Positions 1 to 10,223 of a DNA stretch of 12,734 nucleotides are shown in pieces. The DNA is taken from contig JAKMXF010000152.1 in assembly GCA_024704765.1 (NCBI GenBank), positions 1 to 12,734 on the forward strand. Direction: 5' to 3'. Position numbers and translations under genes: made by a program. Every line of letters starts with the position of its first letter. Positions within the stretch are counted from its first letter, which is position 1. Origin of the DNA: Oopsacas minuta (lineage: Eukaryota > Animalia > Porifera). Below the pieces are notes generated by a model. It was not told the DNA's origin. It saw only the letters and a list, made by a program, of their open reading frames with translations, and made no database searches.

Positions 1-1054
1 TTGAATGATTTCACAATAAAGACCAGCTCTCACCAGAAAGAAATTCTCGACAATCAAATTGCTCGCTTATTTTATGCTTGTAATCTTCCGTTTAACCTCA
101 CTGAGAATGACGTATTCAAAAAGACAATTTCTATGCTTAGACCTGGTTATACACCTCTTACCAGGAAAAGTCTAGCTGGACGTCTTCTTGACAAGACATT
201 TAATGAAGTAACCACCATGACTGCTTCAGCTCTGGAAGGGAAGGATGTTACTCTAGTACAGGATGGATGGAGCGCCTTACACAACTCCCCTGTAATTGCC
301 CATTGTGTACATTCAGAAGAAAGATCTTATTTTCTGAATTCTGTTGGCACTGGATCAAACAAGAAAACTGCTGCTTATTGTACTTCTTTAGCCATTGAAG
401 CGTCCAAAGAAGCAATTAATAAATTTGGGTGTAAAGTTGTTGCTGTTGTTACTGACAATGAACAAAAAATGCAGTCAATGCGCTCAAAGTTGAAATTGCT
501 TGACCGCTCGCTTTCAGTATACGGCTGTGCATCGCATTTATTGAACCTGTTGGGGAAGGATATCACCCCTTCCCAAATTATTTCTCATATTATAGAGATA
601 AATAAATATTTTCGCAACCATCAAATTCCTGCAGCCCTCCTATCTGCACAAAAGGGATCCCTTAAACCTCAATTACCAGTCGTGACACGATGAAATAGTC
701 AATTGGAGTGTATCAAGACATACCTGACAAATAGGCCTTTCCTTTTGAACATTCTGGCACAACATGAAGATGTTGTCGACTTGTCTATTGCAAATCTAAT
801 CAACAACGTTGGCCTTTATCGTGAGGCTAAAAATCTTTATGGCCAACTCAAACCGATTGCAACATCATTGGACAAGTTACAAGGGGAAAAGTCTAACGTT
901 GCATATGCTTGCGAAGAGTGGATAAAATTAATCCAGTTAGACGAGCTGAAAAGTCACCTAGGCAAAATTCAGAAACGATTCAAACAAGCAACCACACCTA
1001 CTCACTTCCTAGCCAACATGATCAATCCGAAGTACATGGGGCAGAGGCTTTCAT
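1..1054 (+). pseudogene. hAT-superfamily (DUF659-like) transposase, central part, inactivated by a nonsense codon
   Basis: ORFs 1-693 and 703-1059 are in the same frame. hAT motifs: first catalytic D in LVQDGWS, second D in VVTDNEQKM, CxxH in YGCASHLLNLL, and the TRWNS motif reading T-R-stop(TGA 691-693)-N-S. Open at the window start and cut by the N at 1055. Confidence 0.9.
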
Positions 1055-1055
1055 N
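1055..1055. other. Single N, probable assembly gap or contig join
   Basis: hAT coding sequence runs up to 1054 and mariner coding sequence (ERRGKLTHGVLLQYDN) starts at once after the N. No TIR or TSD at the junction. Confidence 0.75.
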
Positions 1056-1471
1056 GTGAGAGGCGAGGCAAGTTGACACATGGTGTATTGCTGCAATATG
1101 ACAATGCAAGGCCCCATGTAAGCTCCAAGACAATGGCTGCAATTGACGACTTAGGATTCGAATGCCTCCCTCATCCCCCGTATAGTCCAGACCTGGCTCC
1201 CAGCGATTACTGGGTGTTTGGAGAGATGAAGAGACCTCTTCGAGGGAAGAGATTTGAGGATTTCAAACGGCTAGAGTACGAAATAAAACAGTGGGAAAAA
1301 GGGACCCCTAAAGAATTCTATACTACTTGGCTGTAAAAGTTACCTGAACGATGGAATCAATATATAAAGTTAAAGTGGGAATTTATCGAAACCTTTGATA
1401 ATCAATTATGATAAGTATAGGTTTACTATATGAATTATGAAAAAGTCTCATTAATTATTGAACAACCCTTG
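1056..1471 (+). mobile_element. mariner (DD34D) element, 3' half with right TIR
   Basis: LLQYDNARPH...HPPYSPDLAPSDY with 34 residues between D2 and D3. After a TAA (1334-1336) the frame continues KLPERWNQYIKLKWEFIE, a mariner C-terminus. Ends in AGTCTCATTAATTATTGAACAACCCTTG (1444-1471) followed by TA (1472-1473). Confidence 0.92.
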
Positions 1472-2465
1472 TAGATTATACATGGATTTGAATGTGTGTT
1501 CAGTAATTGTACTTTGTTGTTGTTGCTGCGCTATTCTCTACCCATTCTATCTTCTTAGTTATTTTTCCTTTCTTCAATGGATACACCGAATTGTAGTCAG
1601 ATTTTGACCGTCTTTATCTTTACATGGTTCCCGCATCTCGAAATATACATTATTGACATTTGATAAATTGGAATATTTTCTTATTGATTTCCAGAATATT
1701 AGTCATTTATCTTATATATGATGTGAAAACAATAGTTGGATTTGTTAGATTAAGAGAAAGGATTGATTCAAAATCCGATTAATTTTGGACCGAGTCTCTG
1801 GAGCGTTACATACGTATAATCTCACTTATTTATATATGCTCTGTCATCAATCACTTGATTTTTTTTCGAGATATATAAAAACATTTGTTTCATCATTTTC
1901 TCCAAATTTTCAGGATAAACCAATAAATCAAGTTTCCTGCTTCATTATTCCATCGAAAAACCAATCTAGTGTCAAAAATATATTTTATATTGACGTTACA
2001 TACCTTATTCTTCCTCTGTCATTATGTTGCTTATATCACACCTTTTATGCTTTCTGGAATTTCGAATGCCTCGAGACCCCAGTTGTAGCTAATCTCTTAG
2101 TCACGTAAACAAATATCTATGGCTTCCGTGCAAACCAAAGCCAAAAAACGGGAATACATCATCAATATGGTCAATCGGATTCCGAGAATTTTATTGGTCC
2201 CCCCTGACTCAAGAGCAATTCATATTACAAAATTCCTAATTGCTAATGAAAACATGTTTAGAAACATTCTCAAAGGTTACTGAATACTATGTATCTAAAT
2301 TCAAACACCTAACACCTGCTTTTGCCCTTAACTCAAAAGATTTTTCTGTTGTAAATCTGGGATGGATTAACAGACGGGCCAATGGGGCAAGTGCCGAGGG
2401 GACAGGATATTTCCAACAATCGGATGTATTTAACAATATTTTCGTCCAAGTAATCAGATAGATTA

Positions 2466-2560
2466 CACTTGTCTACAAACATTTTATTCCTTAAGATGTT
2501 AGATCCGTTTCTATGTTTATTTACTTCAGGGAATCTGAAAATGGCATAGGCTTATCCGAA
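2466..2560 (+). repeat. Left TIR of the Chapaev3-like element
   Basis: Aligns to the reverse complement of 5601-5704 with one indel of about 9 nt. Core GAAAATGGCATAGGCTT (2537-2553) versus GAAAATGACATCGGCTT (reverse complement of 5608-5624) matches at 15/17. Confidence 0.7.
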
Positions 2561-2867
2561 TTGACTCTAGTTTTTGGGATAACTACTGTTAAATTTGGCA
2601 TGATAAGTATACACTAGTGAAGATATACTACACATAAATTTCTTCACATAAATAGTGGTATGGTGTTTCAGTGATGACATTAAACCTTTTATGCTTCCAA
2701 ATGTGAATTTGAAATTTGTAGGTTTTGAATGTAACTATTAAATGCACAACCGAAAAATTCGTGAAGTATAATTTTATCATTATAGCTACTCCGTATGAAA
2801 TACATTTATCATTGTCAACACAATTAATCGGTTAAAAATAATAATATAAAAAGAATACTAAGCTTGT

Positions 2868-3083
2868 TTATTGAAGAACATCTAAAAATCGTTTGTTATT
2901 TAATTTTCTGTTCTGGGATATCAGAGGGCAATCTCGTTGGAGGCTCCAACAGTAATCTGCCATCATGTGGGTTTCCCACCTGCTTGATATCTCTCTTCAA
3001 CGACTTTGATATCCTGATGAAATCTTTCCCCTGTTCCTCACTTAAATGCCCAAGTTTTTCAGGGAAACGATCCAGGTGGCTAA
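2868..3083 (-). pseudogene. Chapaev3-like transposase, C-terminal part including the catalytic E region
   Basis: Directly beyond the maT the minus strand reads SHLDRFPEKLGHLSEEQG/(E)RFHQDIKVVEERYQ/RWETHMMADYCWSLQRD...DVLQ*, the expected continuation of MSLKVHYL. Confidence 0.88.
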
Positions 3084-3085
3084 TA

Positions 3086-4389
3086 CAAGGGTGACATATA
3101 AATACTGTTACAAATATAAAAGGGCTGAAAACAAAAACTATTGGAGCGATCGTTCTAATATTCTAAATTATGTTTAGATATAATATAGGGTTGAAAATTA
3201 AGAAAAGTATTACTCAAATATATCGCCTTTGCCTTAATGCAGCTCTTCAGACGACGATGAAGGAGTCTACACTGGCACACATATACTTATCCGGAATTTT
3301 TGACCACTCTCTTGATAATATACTCTTAAGAACCTCAACTGAACGATGGGGTGTAGCGTTAACCCTCTCCTCCAATATGGACTATATAGAGAAGTCGAGG
3401 GGGTTAAGGTCTGGTGAACAAGGTGGCCACTCTTCCGAAGAAGTAACCCCCGGAAAATTGGTCTTGCACCACTTTTGAGTGGCTTTAGCCTTGTGACCTG
3501 GGGCAGAATCTTGCTGGAATATCCATAGGTCGTTTCCATAATGTGATTGTGCCCAAGGCTTCATAACATTCTCAAGAATTGATTCCCGGTAAACCGATAG
3601 GTTGATTTTCATACCTTGGGGGATGAATATCAAAGGTGTCCGACCAGTTGCAGTAACCCCGGCCCATATCATCACTGAAGCTGGTTTCTGTGTTCTAGAG
3701 ACCTGGAAGTAGATTCAGGCAGAGTACTCTTATCGGTGGCTAAAATCCTATGATTTTGCTTGTTTAAGAGCTGCTGTACAGTAAATAATTTCTCATCAGA
3801 GAAAAGGATCTGCTTGTGTTGACCATTGGTGAAACGTGAAAGCATGGCCTTGCATCTTTACAACCTCATATTTTTATTTTTGGCTGTGAGTTGTCTTTTT
3901 TCATTTTGTACGCCTTTATGCCCAAATCATTACAAACAAGTCTCCGCATCGATTCCCTGTTTGTATCTGTTTCAATGGCCATTTTTCGTATACTTCGTGC
4001 GGGATTTCGTTTAATGCGTTGTAGCATCCCCTTGGTCAAAGAATTTATCCGTATAGTACGTGGACGCCAGGTCGTGGTCGGTCTAACACGTCCCCTGTAT
4101 CAGAAAACCGTGACAAAGTTCGCGAAATAAACATCCTCTTGTAACTGAGCAAAGAGGCAATTTCACTTCTGCATTCCGGCCTTGAATAACTCAATAACAG
4201 CTGAACGACGAGTGTCCATTACAAAATGTTGAAATTATAAAACTTTTGAGTAAGATATAGCTGGTGTGATTTATTGAGATAAAATAGATATGTAGTACAA
4301 TATATTGGATAAGTTTCAACGCTATTGAAGTATATTCATCTACAATATGGTAGTTTTAAAAGTTCTAACAGTATTTATCTGCCACCCTG
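3086..4389 (-). mobile_element. Full-length maT (DD37D) Tc1/mariner element, decayed
   Basis: TA at 3084-3085 and at 4390-4391. TIRs CAAGGGTGACATATAAATACTGTTA versus CAGGGTGGCAGATAAATACTGTTA (reverse complement). Transposase on the minus strand. Confidence 0.93.
3210..4219 (-). pseudogene. DD37D (maT) transposase with frameshifts and stops
   Basis: MDTRRSAVIELFKAG..., DRPRPG, ILFSDEKLF (D1), VMIWAG, FQQDSAPGH (D2), WPPCSPDLNPLDFSI* (D3; 37 residues after D2; W to TAG), ending GDIFE*. Confidence 0.92.
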
Positions 4390-4391
4390 TA

Positions 4392-5486
4392 GATAGTGAA
4401 CCTTGAGGCTCATCTTAACATCTAAATCTTCAAATTTGTAAATCATGTCATCGACCATATTTATGTAGTTGTTAGCATTATTATTACCCAAAAAGCTATT
4501 GACTACCAAAACAAATGCACACCCTCGCAAAAGATTCTAAATTAGTCATGGATTGGACGAAACCAGTGTTTATTATGAGATTGCGGATCTAAGGACCATC
4601 AAAGATCCCTGCTATCAGTTTTTCATTGCTCATTGCTGGGGATAATCTGCAAGTGTACTTGAAACAGAGGCCGTCTTTATCTAGAGATGTTACTAACTGC
4701 TTTAGTAAACCTAACTTGAAAGTGGAGGGGTGTAGAATGATTATTTCTCTAGGAACCAATTGTTCATACAGAATGTTTGCTTCTCCAACTGTTAGATCAG
4801 TTCTCAAGGGCCACACAATATATACCCAATGACTTTGCGGGCTCTGCTGTCCATAAACATATAAAACAAGGGTACTTATCGTATCCACCTTGTTGGCTAA
4901 GTAGAAAGTTTACCATCTTGAGATCAATACATATCAACCACTGGTGTTCCTGATATTCCAATTTTTGCAATATCAATTAAATGTTTTCATACTCCTCCTC
5001 AATCTTTGCTGAATATCTAATTGCAATAGATGTACATTTATTTCCATTGTGCAATAAAACGCACTTCAAGCTTCGTCTTGGAACTATCAATGAATAGACG
5101 CCAATCTTCTGGTCTATATTGTGGTACTCCCATTTCCAGGAGAAGTCCTCCAATGTCATAATCCTTCTTCTCTATGACGATAATATGTTATCTTAGTTCT
5201 AAGATTAAGAATATTCTTCTCGTTGAGCCTGGATGCAAAATTCTGAACACTCTTTAGACAGGTTGAGTTCCCTGATTAGATCATTGAGTTCTTCCGGGGC
5301 TTCCTGATTGAATTGACCAGATAATGAAGAGCTGTCTTAGTCTCCAAGCTTTACCCCAAAGTTAGCAAAGTATGCCTTTCGCACGAAGTCTGAGATACCT
5401 CTTCTTTGATCTTTCAACTTATATTCACCACATATGTAACAGAACACATCAAGATCATTGGAACATTTTCTTCTTGATGATGCCAT
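4392..5486 (-). pseudogene. Chapaev3-like transposase, N-terminal and central part
   Basis: Across frameshifts it reads MASSRRKCSNDLDVFCYICGEY...FGVKLGD*D, ELNDLIRELNLSKE, DWRLFIDSSK/RSLKCVLLHNGN, ICIDLKMVNFLLSQQGGYDKYPCFICLW, AGIFDGP*IR, NSFLGNNNANNY, MSLKVHYL. Confidence 0.88.
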
Positions 5487-5600
5487 AGAGTTAGAATATG
5501 CTAGATACTTATAATTATTATAGTATTGATTAAATTGAATATACATTTGAAAAAGGTAACTAACAATATAAACATAAATGTGGACTAAAATCAGGAGCCA

Positions 5601-5704
5601 ATCCAGCAAGCCGATGTCATTTTCGAACTCTGCACAGCAAATATAGTCTAAATTTAATCTAAAATCTTAGACAATAGAAAGAGAATATTTTTTGTTGGCA
5701 TGTG
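5601..5704 (-). repeat. Right (5') TIR of the Chapaev3-like element
   Basis: Ends ...AATATTTTTTGTTGGCATGTG and is the inverted partner of 2466-2560. Confidence 0.75.
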
Positions 5705-6241
5705 CAAACAATCGGATATTTTTATGTCCAACAATAGATCACTGCTAAATACAGTTCGATAGTTTACAATATAAGAGTTCAGTATAACTATTATTTGGCA
5801 ACCATTATAAAGTCCATAAATTTTCATAATATGTGGGTATTCAGCATTTTCACACCTACATAGGTGCCATATGGCTTCGTTTTTATTGATTAGTCATCAT
5901 TGTCCTTAATAATTTATCCTTAATTTTTCGTTTTTATGATACCTTTGGTTTTTGAAACATCCAATTTTGATACTATTGATATACCTCCAGTCTAAATCAT
6001 ATCTATGCGATAACAACCCCAAAGGCAAAATAGCATCATCCATTAGGAATATATTAATTTCTATTAATAAATAGATTAACAACCAACAACTATGATAATG
6101 AATATTCTATGGTATATTATTCAATAGCTTATAATACAATGGAGTAGAATATTATGTTTACAGCAGCATTCCTGGATACATAATAAGGGCTAAAAATAAC
6201 TTCATTATCCTTCGAATTTTTTTTAGGTAAAGATATAACAG

Positions 6242-6461
6242 TGTTATACCACCCAAGTCATAGAAATTACGTGATTTCGATAGTATGCACATGTTAGCGT
6301 AACGAGTAACCAAGAAAGATAATAAGTATATTGAGATATGAAAGCAGAAATACAAACTATATGTTGAGCTAACAAGGTACGATATACTTGTTACATAACT
6401 AGTTGACTATTAAGTAATTTGTGGTTGTCAAATATCCCTACGTTTGAACATTTCCATAACA
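6242..6461 (-). repeat. Putative 3' LTR, 220 bp
   Basis: Begins TGTTAT right after the PPT and ends ...GGGTGGTATAACA, giving TG...CA with a 6-bp terminal inverted repeat TGTTAT/ATAACA. No second LTR is in the window to confirm the distal end. Confidence 0.65.
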
Positions 6462-6473
6462 TCATCTCCCTCC
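6462..6473 (-). other. Polypurine tract
   Basis: GGAGGGAGATGA on the minus strand, about 30 nt after the pol stop and directly before TGTTATGG. Confidence 0.75.
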
Positions 6474-6500
6474 AAAATGAAATTGAACATATAGGATGAC

Positions 6501-8151
6501 CCTAATCTGAATCCGGGTAGCCAAACCAGTCAGGCTTCTTCCTAACTCTAGCTGATCAGATAATATTCCCACTTTCTCTAGGCTCATCAACTAGCGTTTC
6601 ACTAGGTCATCTGCTTCCCCCGTTGCGTAATTCGGGGTCCTGGGGGTCCATTGCCAAGTCTGATACTGCTGGGCTGTTCCCATCATTTTTATGGAAATTC
6701 TCTGGACTGTCACCATCGTCGTCTTCGAAATTTTCTGTGTCCGTTTCTGGAACAATTACAAAATCTTCATCAACAGGTTCACGGTATGGAAGACATATTA
6801 TCTCTCAGTTCCCCCAGGGCTTGCACCGATTCAGGAGCACCCATTTCCCATCTTGGAATCTTGTGCAATAATTTTGACGTTTGGCCTTTTCTCTGGACCA
6901 CCCATAATGGTCCATCGAAATGCTGATCAAGTGTGTCCCTACGGTTTCCTGTTTACGCATCACCCAGTCACCTGCCACAGTCTGGCGCAAGTGCGATTTG
7001 CGATCGTAAAACTCCTTTCTCTAGCTCTGCTTCTTGTGTTCTCTTCTCCGGCAATTGCCTCAGCTATTCGCGCCACTGTACCAATCCTTAAGGTGCTCGG
7101 CATGTGATTACTCATGTTCTTCTTTTAGCTGCACTCTGTCAATTTGTGTTTCCAGGGGTGATCTGAAGATCGCCCATAGGTGAGTTCCTATGGACTAACC
7201 GGTGTAGTCGCACTATGAAGAGAGTTACTTATGAAGCAAGTCTCACTGAGTAACAAAGGCCAATGAGTTTTGGCCAGGTTCCGATCCGCTAATAGGCATC
7301 TCATGATCTGCTTGACTTTCTCTATTGCTCTCTCTCAGCTGTTCAATTCCCTCCTGGGTGATAGGCAGATGAATGTTTCTTGTAGATACTATACTCGTTA
7401 CCCAGTGCATGGTGCACTTCCCCATCAACATTTGTTGCCTGGTCGCTCGTTAATATCGTGGATACTCAATATCTGTATACCCATCCTGCAAGAAATGCGT
7501 TCTTGATGGAATCTACCGTCTGATTTCGCATCGGGATAAATTCGATCTATTTTGAAAACTTGTCTGCCACTAAGAGGAAGTATCTATAACCCTCCTCACT
7601 CCATGGAGGGTAGCAACGTCAAGGGAGACTGTGTGCCCTGACCTAATTGGAGAGTTCTTAATCAGTTCTAGGGGTTCCCTAGCTGGCATATTAGGCTTGG
7701 CCCTCGCACAAATCTGGCAAACCACACAATAATTGCTTATATCTTGATCCATACCAATCTAAAAGTAATTGCGAGCTATAACCTGCCCTTTTTCTCTCTC
7801 TCAAGGTGGGCCATACAATGTGCTTTTCCCATGATTCACTGCGTAAAGTTTTGGGCGCCACAATTCTGGCTCCTTTACAAACTAAATTGTCCCTGAGATA
7901 CAGATCACTAACTTTCTTGTATTGTCCTGCAGTGACTTCTCCTATTCCACTGATCTGCGCCTTAAATGCCTAGTGCACCATCCGAGGTTTGTGCATTTTT
8001 TACCTTCTCTAACTAAACCCTTGCGCCTGAAACTACGTAAGTCGGAGCCTCGAACGAACTTGCGTCGTTAACCCCATAGTCGTAACTTGTCTCCAATTCT
8101 ACGCTCGAAGGGCGGCTTAGACAGTCTGCAACCTAATAGTCTCATCCCCAG
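6501..8151 (-). pseudogene. Gypsy pol remnant: RNase H C-terminus and integrase
   Basis: Across frameshifts: VADCLSR (RNase H end); AHCMAHL...YF*IGMDQDISNYCVVCQIC (HHCC zinc finger); SLDVATL (D1); LTSDQATNVDG (D2); SSAYHP...TAERAI (E); FYDRK...GDWVM...FDGPLWVV (GPY/F module); an acidic tail; and SARVRKKPDWFGY near the stop at 6501-6503. Confidence 0.9.
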
Positions 8152-8245
8152 CAGGGTTGGGTTTTGCCCTGTCCAAAACTGGTTTTGACGGACAGTGGGA
8201 AAACCCGGTTTTGACCGGCCAAAACTGGTCAAAACCGGGCAATAC
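8152..8245 (+). mobile_element. hAT-like DNA transposon terminus with subterminal repeats
   Basis: Starts CAGGGTTGG, fitting the hAT terminal consensus YARNG, exactly where Gypsy homology stops. GGTTTTG occurs at 8160, 8181 and 8207, and CAAAACY at 8174, 8220 and 8230. The distal extent is unknown and may run to the N at 8521. Confidence 0.6.
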
Positions 8246-8520
8246 TAGTCAATTCTATACCCTTCAATAATAAGAATACCTATTTTACTTGTTGATATCT
8301 TATTTTGCTTTGGGAATATACTATTGACACTGGCTTGCAATGAAACAGTAAAGTGATCATGAAATGTGTGATTTCAACCAATTATTATACTAATAAAGTA
8401 TTCGTACATATATACTATCTAAACGGGTATAATTATCCAAAGCATTTGTGATATTATAGAAATTGACTACTATCGTGCAGATTGTATATCTTACTTACAT
8501 AAATTGACCAGTTTGAAATG

Positions 8521-8521
8521 N
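8521..8521. other. Single N, probable assembly gap
   Basis: N in the sequence. Neither the partner hAT end nor the rest of the Gypsy element is found beyond it. Confidence 0.6.
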
Positions 8522-10104
8522 GGTGGGGACTTCTCTGCACGAAATAATTCTAAAATTTGTGACCTTTAGGCTTCCATGTCTCTAATTAGAAATATTTGTT
8601 AGTAATAGAGAGAATGCTTTAGTACTTCAGTAAACATACATCAATATAGATTATGGGCCTATAAGGTTTCAATTATTCAACTATAGCTATGTATAAATGA
8701 TTGTCAAACAAGGGACAGAACTTTTGCCGCATCCTGTATGGGACGATAACAAAAATGAACCCAATGGTGGAAAAATAATTGACCATCAACAAGTCATGTG
8801 GTTTAGAGTTCAAAACAGTCATTTGTGGAGTGTGGCTGAGGAGATAGATTTGATAAGATAGGGCCAGGGTAAAGCTACCGACCAACCTCCAGGATGATAC
8901 ATATACATGCACAATGGGTGAAAACCAAATTTGGAGAATTTATAATATGAGGTATGTGAAATTGTTAGCTCAAAATATCACTATTACATTGAGGGCATAA
9001 CCCATATGAGTATATCCTTTAAGTAATGTCCAAATTTACAAGATCCAGTTTCCGAAGAAATGTAAATTTATGGACATGAAATTCATATTTTCCCACATCG
9101 TTGTTGAGCCTTTCGTGTCAAGGTACTTCTTCAATCAGATGAAATAGAATGGCCAGTATAAGCGAAATAAATCTACACACAAACATGTCGCTAAATGGCA
9201 TCACACAAAGTAACAAGGTGCAGTCGAACGAGTAAATTTCGGCATCGAGAATGCTGGAGTGGTGTTTGAATATAGGAAGGATCAGTGCAAGGAAGTTGCA
9301 CTCACAGTAGTGCACGATGGAAGTAGCACATATAATTGATTTTTTAAAATTAGTAATGTGAACAATGCGACCAGGTAACAACATTGAACAAAACTCATCA
9401 AATATAGTTTGATCATGCTACGAATTCCTTTTCGACAATAGATAACATTTCTTCAAGTATATATTTTAGAAATTGAATCTCGTCAGTCTACGAAATTCCA
9501 TTTTGACAGCATTGAACATTTCATGAATACATAAATGTCAGATATCATTACCCAAAGATCTCAACTGTGTACACAGATTTCAAAATTGTCTCCAAAATGT
9601 ACCCTTTGGTGTGAGAACACAGTATTGCTCCAGTAACCTATATTGGATGTTAGGGACAAAATGTCTACAAACCAAATCACTATCATCCTTAAACATTTGT
9701 CAGGTATCCATCGCAAAGTGACAGGACAGGAGACTCGGAAGCTATTAAGTAAAGACTAGACTGGGAATATTGATTGGATTGAAATTGATCGAAATAAAGC
9801 TACTTGAGTAGGGGGAGAAACAACTTAGAAGAATCCTGTTCGGAAGTCCAGAGCCTCCAGCTCAAAGATTATTAGTAGCAGTCATTGTACATAAAGTTGC
9901 TCAACAACAAAATATTATATGATTAATAAAACTGAATTTAGCACCGTGTAAAAGAAATGGTCACTAAATGTGTGTCAAGGATCAAACAAAGAAGTTGTGT
10001 GCCATATAATCGGATGTGATTACCTTCTGATGACAACAAAGGGAGATGTACGCAACACAATCAGTGAATTTCAAGAAATACTTGGGTTGGATGATGTTCA
10101 ACAG

Positions 10105-10223
10105 GTATGTGCATATCACATGTAGTAGTTGATCAATAAATTTACCACAAGTATAAAACTTTCATACTAACTCAAAACATCAGCTCGAATTATTTAGGAC
10201 CCTTATTTCGTTTCGTTTTCCAG
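10105..10223 (+). other. Putative spliceosomal intron
   Basis: CAG|GTATGT donor at 10105, TACTAAC branch point at 10165-10171, pyrimidine tract TTATTTCGTTTCGTTTTC then CAG at 10221-10223. Alternative AGs end at 10183 and 10197. Confidence 0.45.

Larger units (their letters stand above)
2466..5704 (-). mobile_element. Chapaev3-like (CMC superfamily) DNA transposon, decayed, interrupted by a maT insertion
   Basis: CAC...GTG termini: CACTTGTCTACAAA at 2466 versus reverse complement CACATGCCAACAAA from 5704. Long imperfect TIRs. Transposase remnants on the minus strand on both sides of the maT. Flanks TTA and CAA do not form a clean TSD. The superfamily name comes from recalled motifs and termini. 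Confidence 0.75.
6242..8151 (-). mobile_element. Ty3/Gypsy LTR retrotransposon, 3' portion (RNase H end, integrase, PPT, 3' LTR)
   Basis: Domain order RNase H then integrase is Gypsy-type. A PPT and a TG...CA LTR follow. The 5' part (gag, protease, RT) is absent from the window. Confidence 0.88.

Noticed and set aside
1785-2108. 107-aa ORF as a host gene
   Set aside because: It starts at TTG, has the Phe/Ile/Leu/Ser composition typical of AT-rich noncoding DNA, and shows no motif.
2119-2283. 54-codon ORF MASVQTKAKKREY...IANENMFRNIL, faintly like a Buster/Charlie hAT N-terminus
   Set aside because: The BED-finger Cys/His residues are not recoverable in any frame and no TIR was found.
6008-6241. 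Minus-strand DDAILPLGLLS and KLFLALIMYPG resembling Transib motifs (AILPIGQLSEE, LYPWY)
   Set aside because: The following residues do not give SEEAQE.RNK, and the spacing between the motifs is about twice that expected. Likely chance.
6623-7506. Several overlapping plus-strand ORFs of 62-138 aa
   Set aside because: They are antisense shadows of the Gypsy integrase with no recognisable motifs. The same applies to the plus-strand ORFs over the maT, Chapaev and DD37E elements.
8152-8245. Repeat cluster as a CRISPR array or terminator
   Set aside because: The repeats are 7-mers in mixed orientation without regular spacers, in a eukaryotic TE context with no cas genes.
8697-8860. Short ORF with HPVWDDNKNEPNGGKII resembling the eIF4E P.WED..N..GG.W motif
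   Set aside because: Key Trp residues and the flanking helix are missing. A single short motif is not enough.
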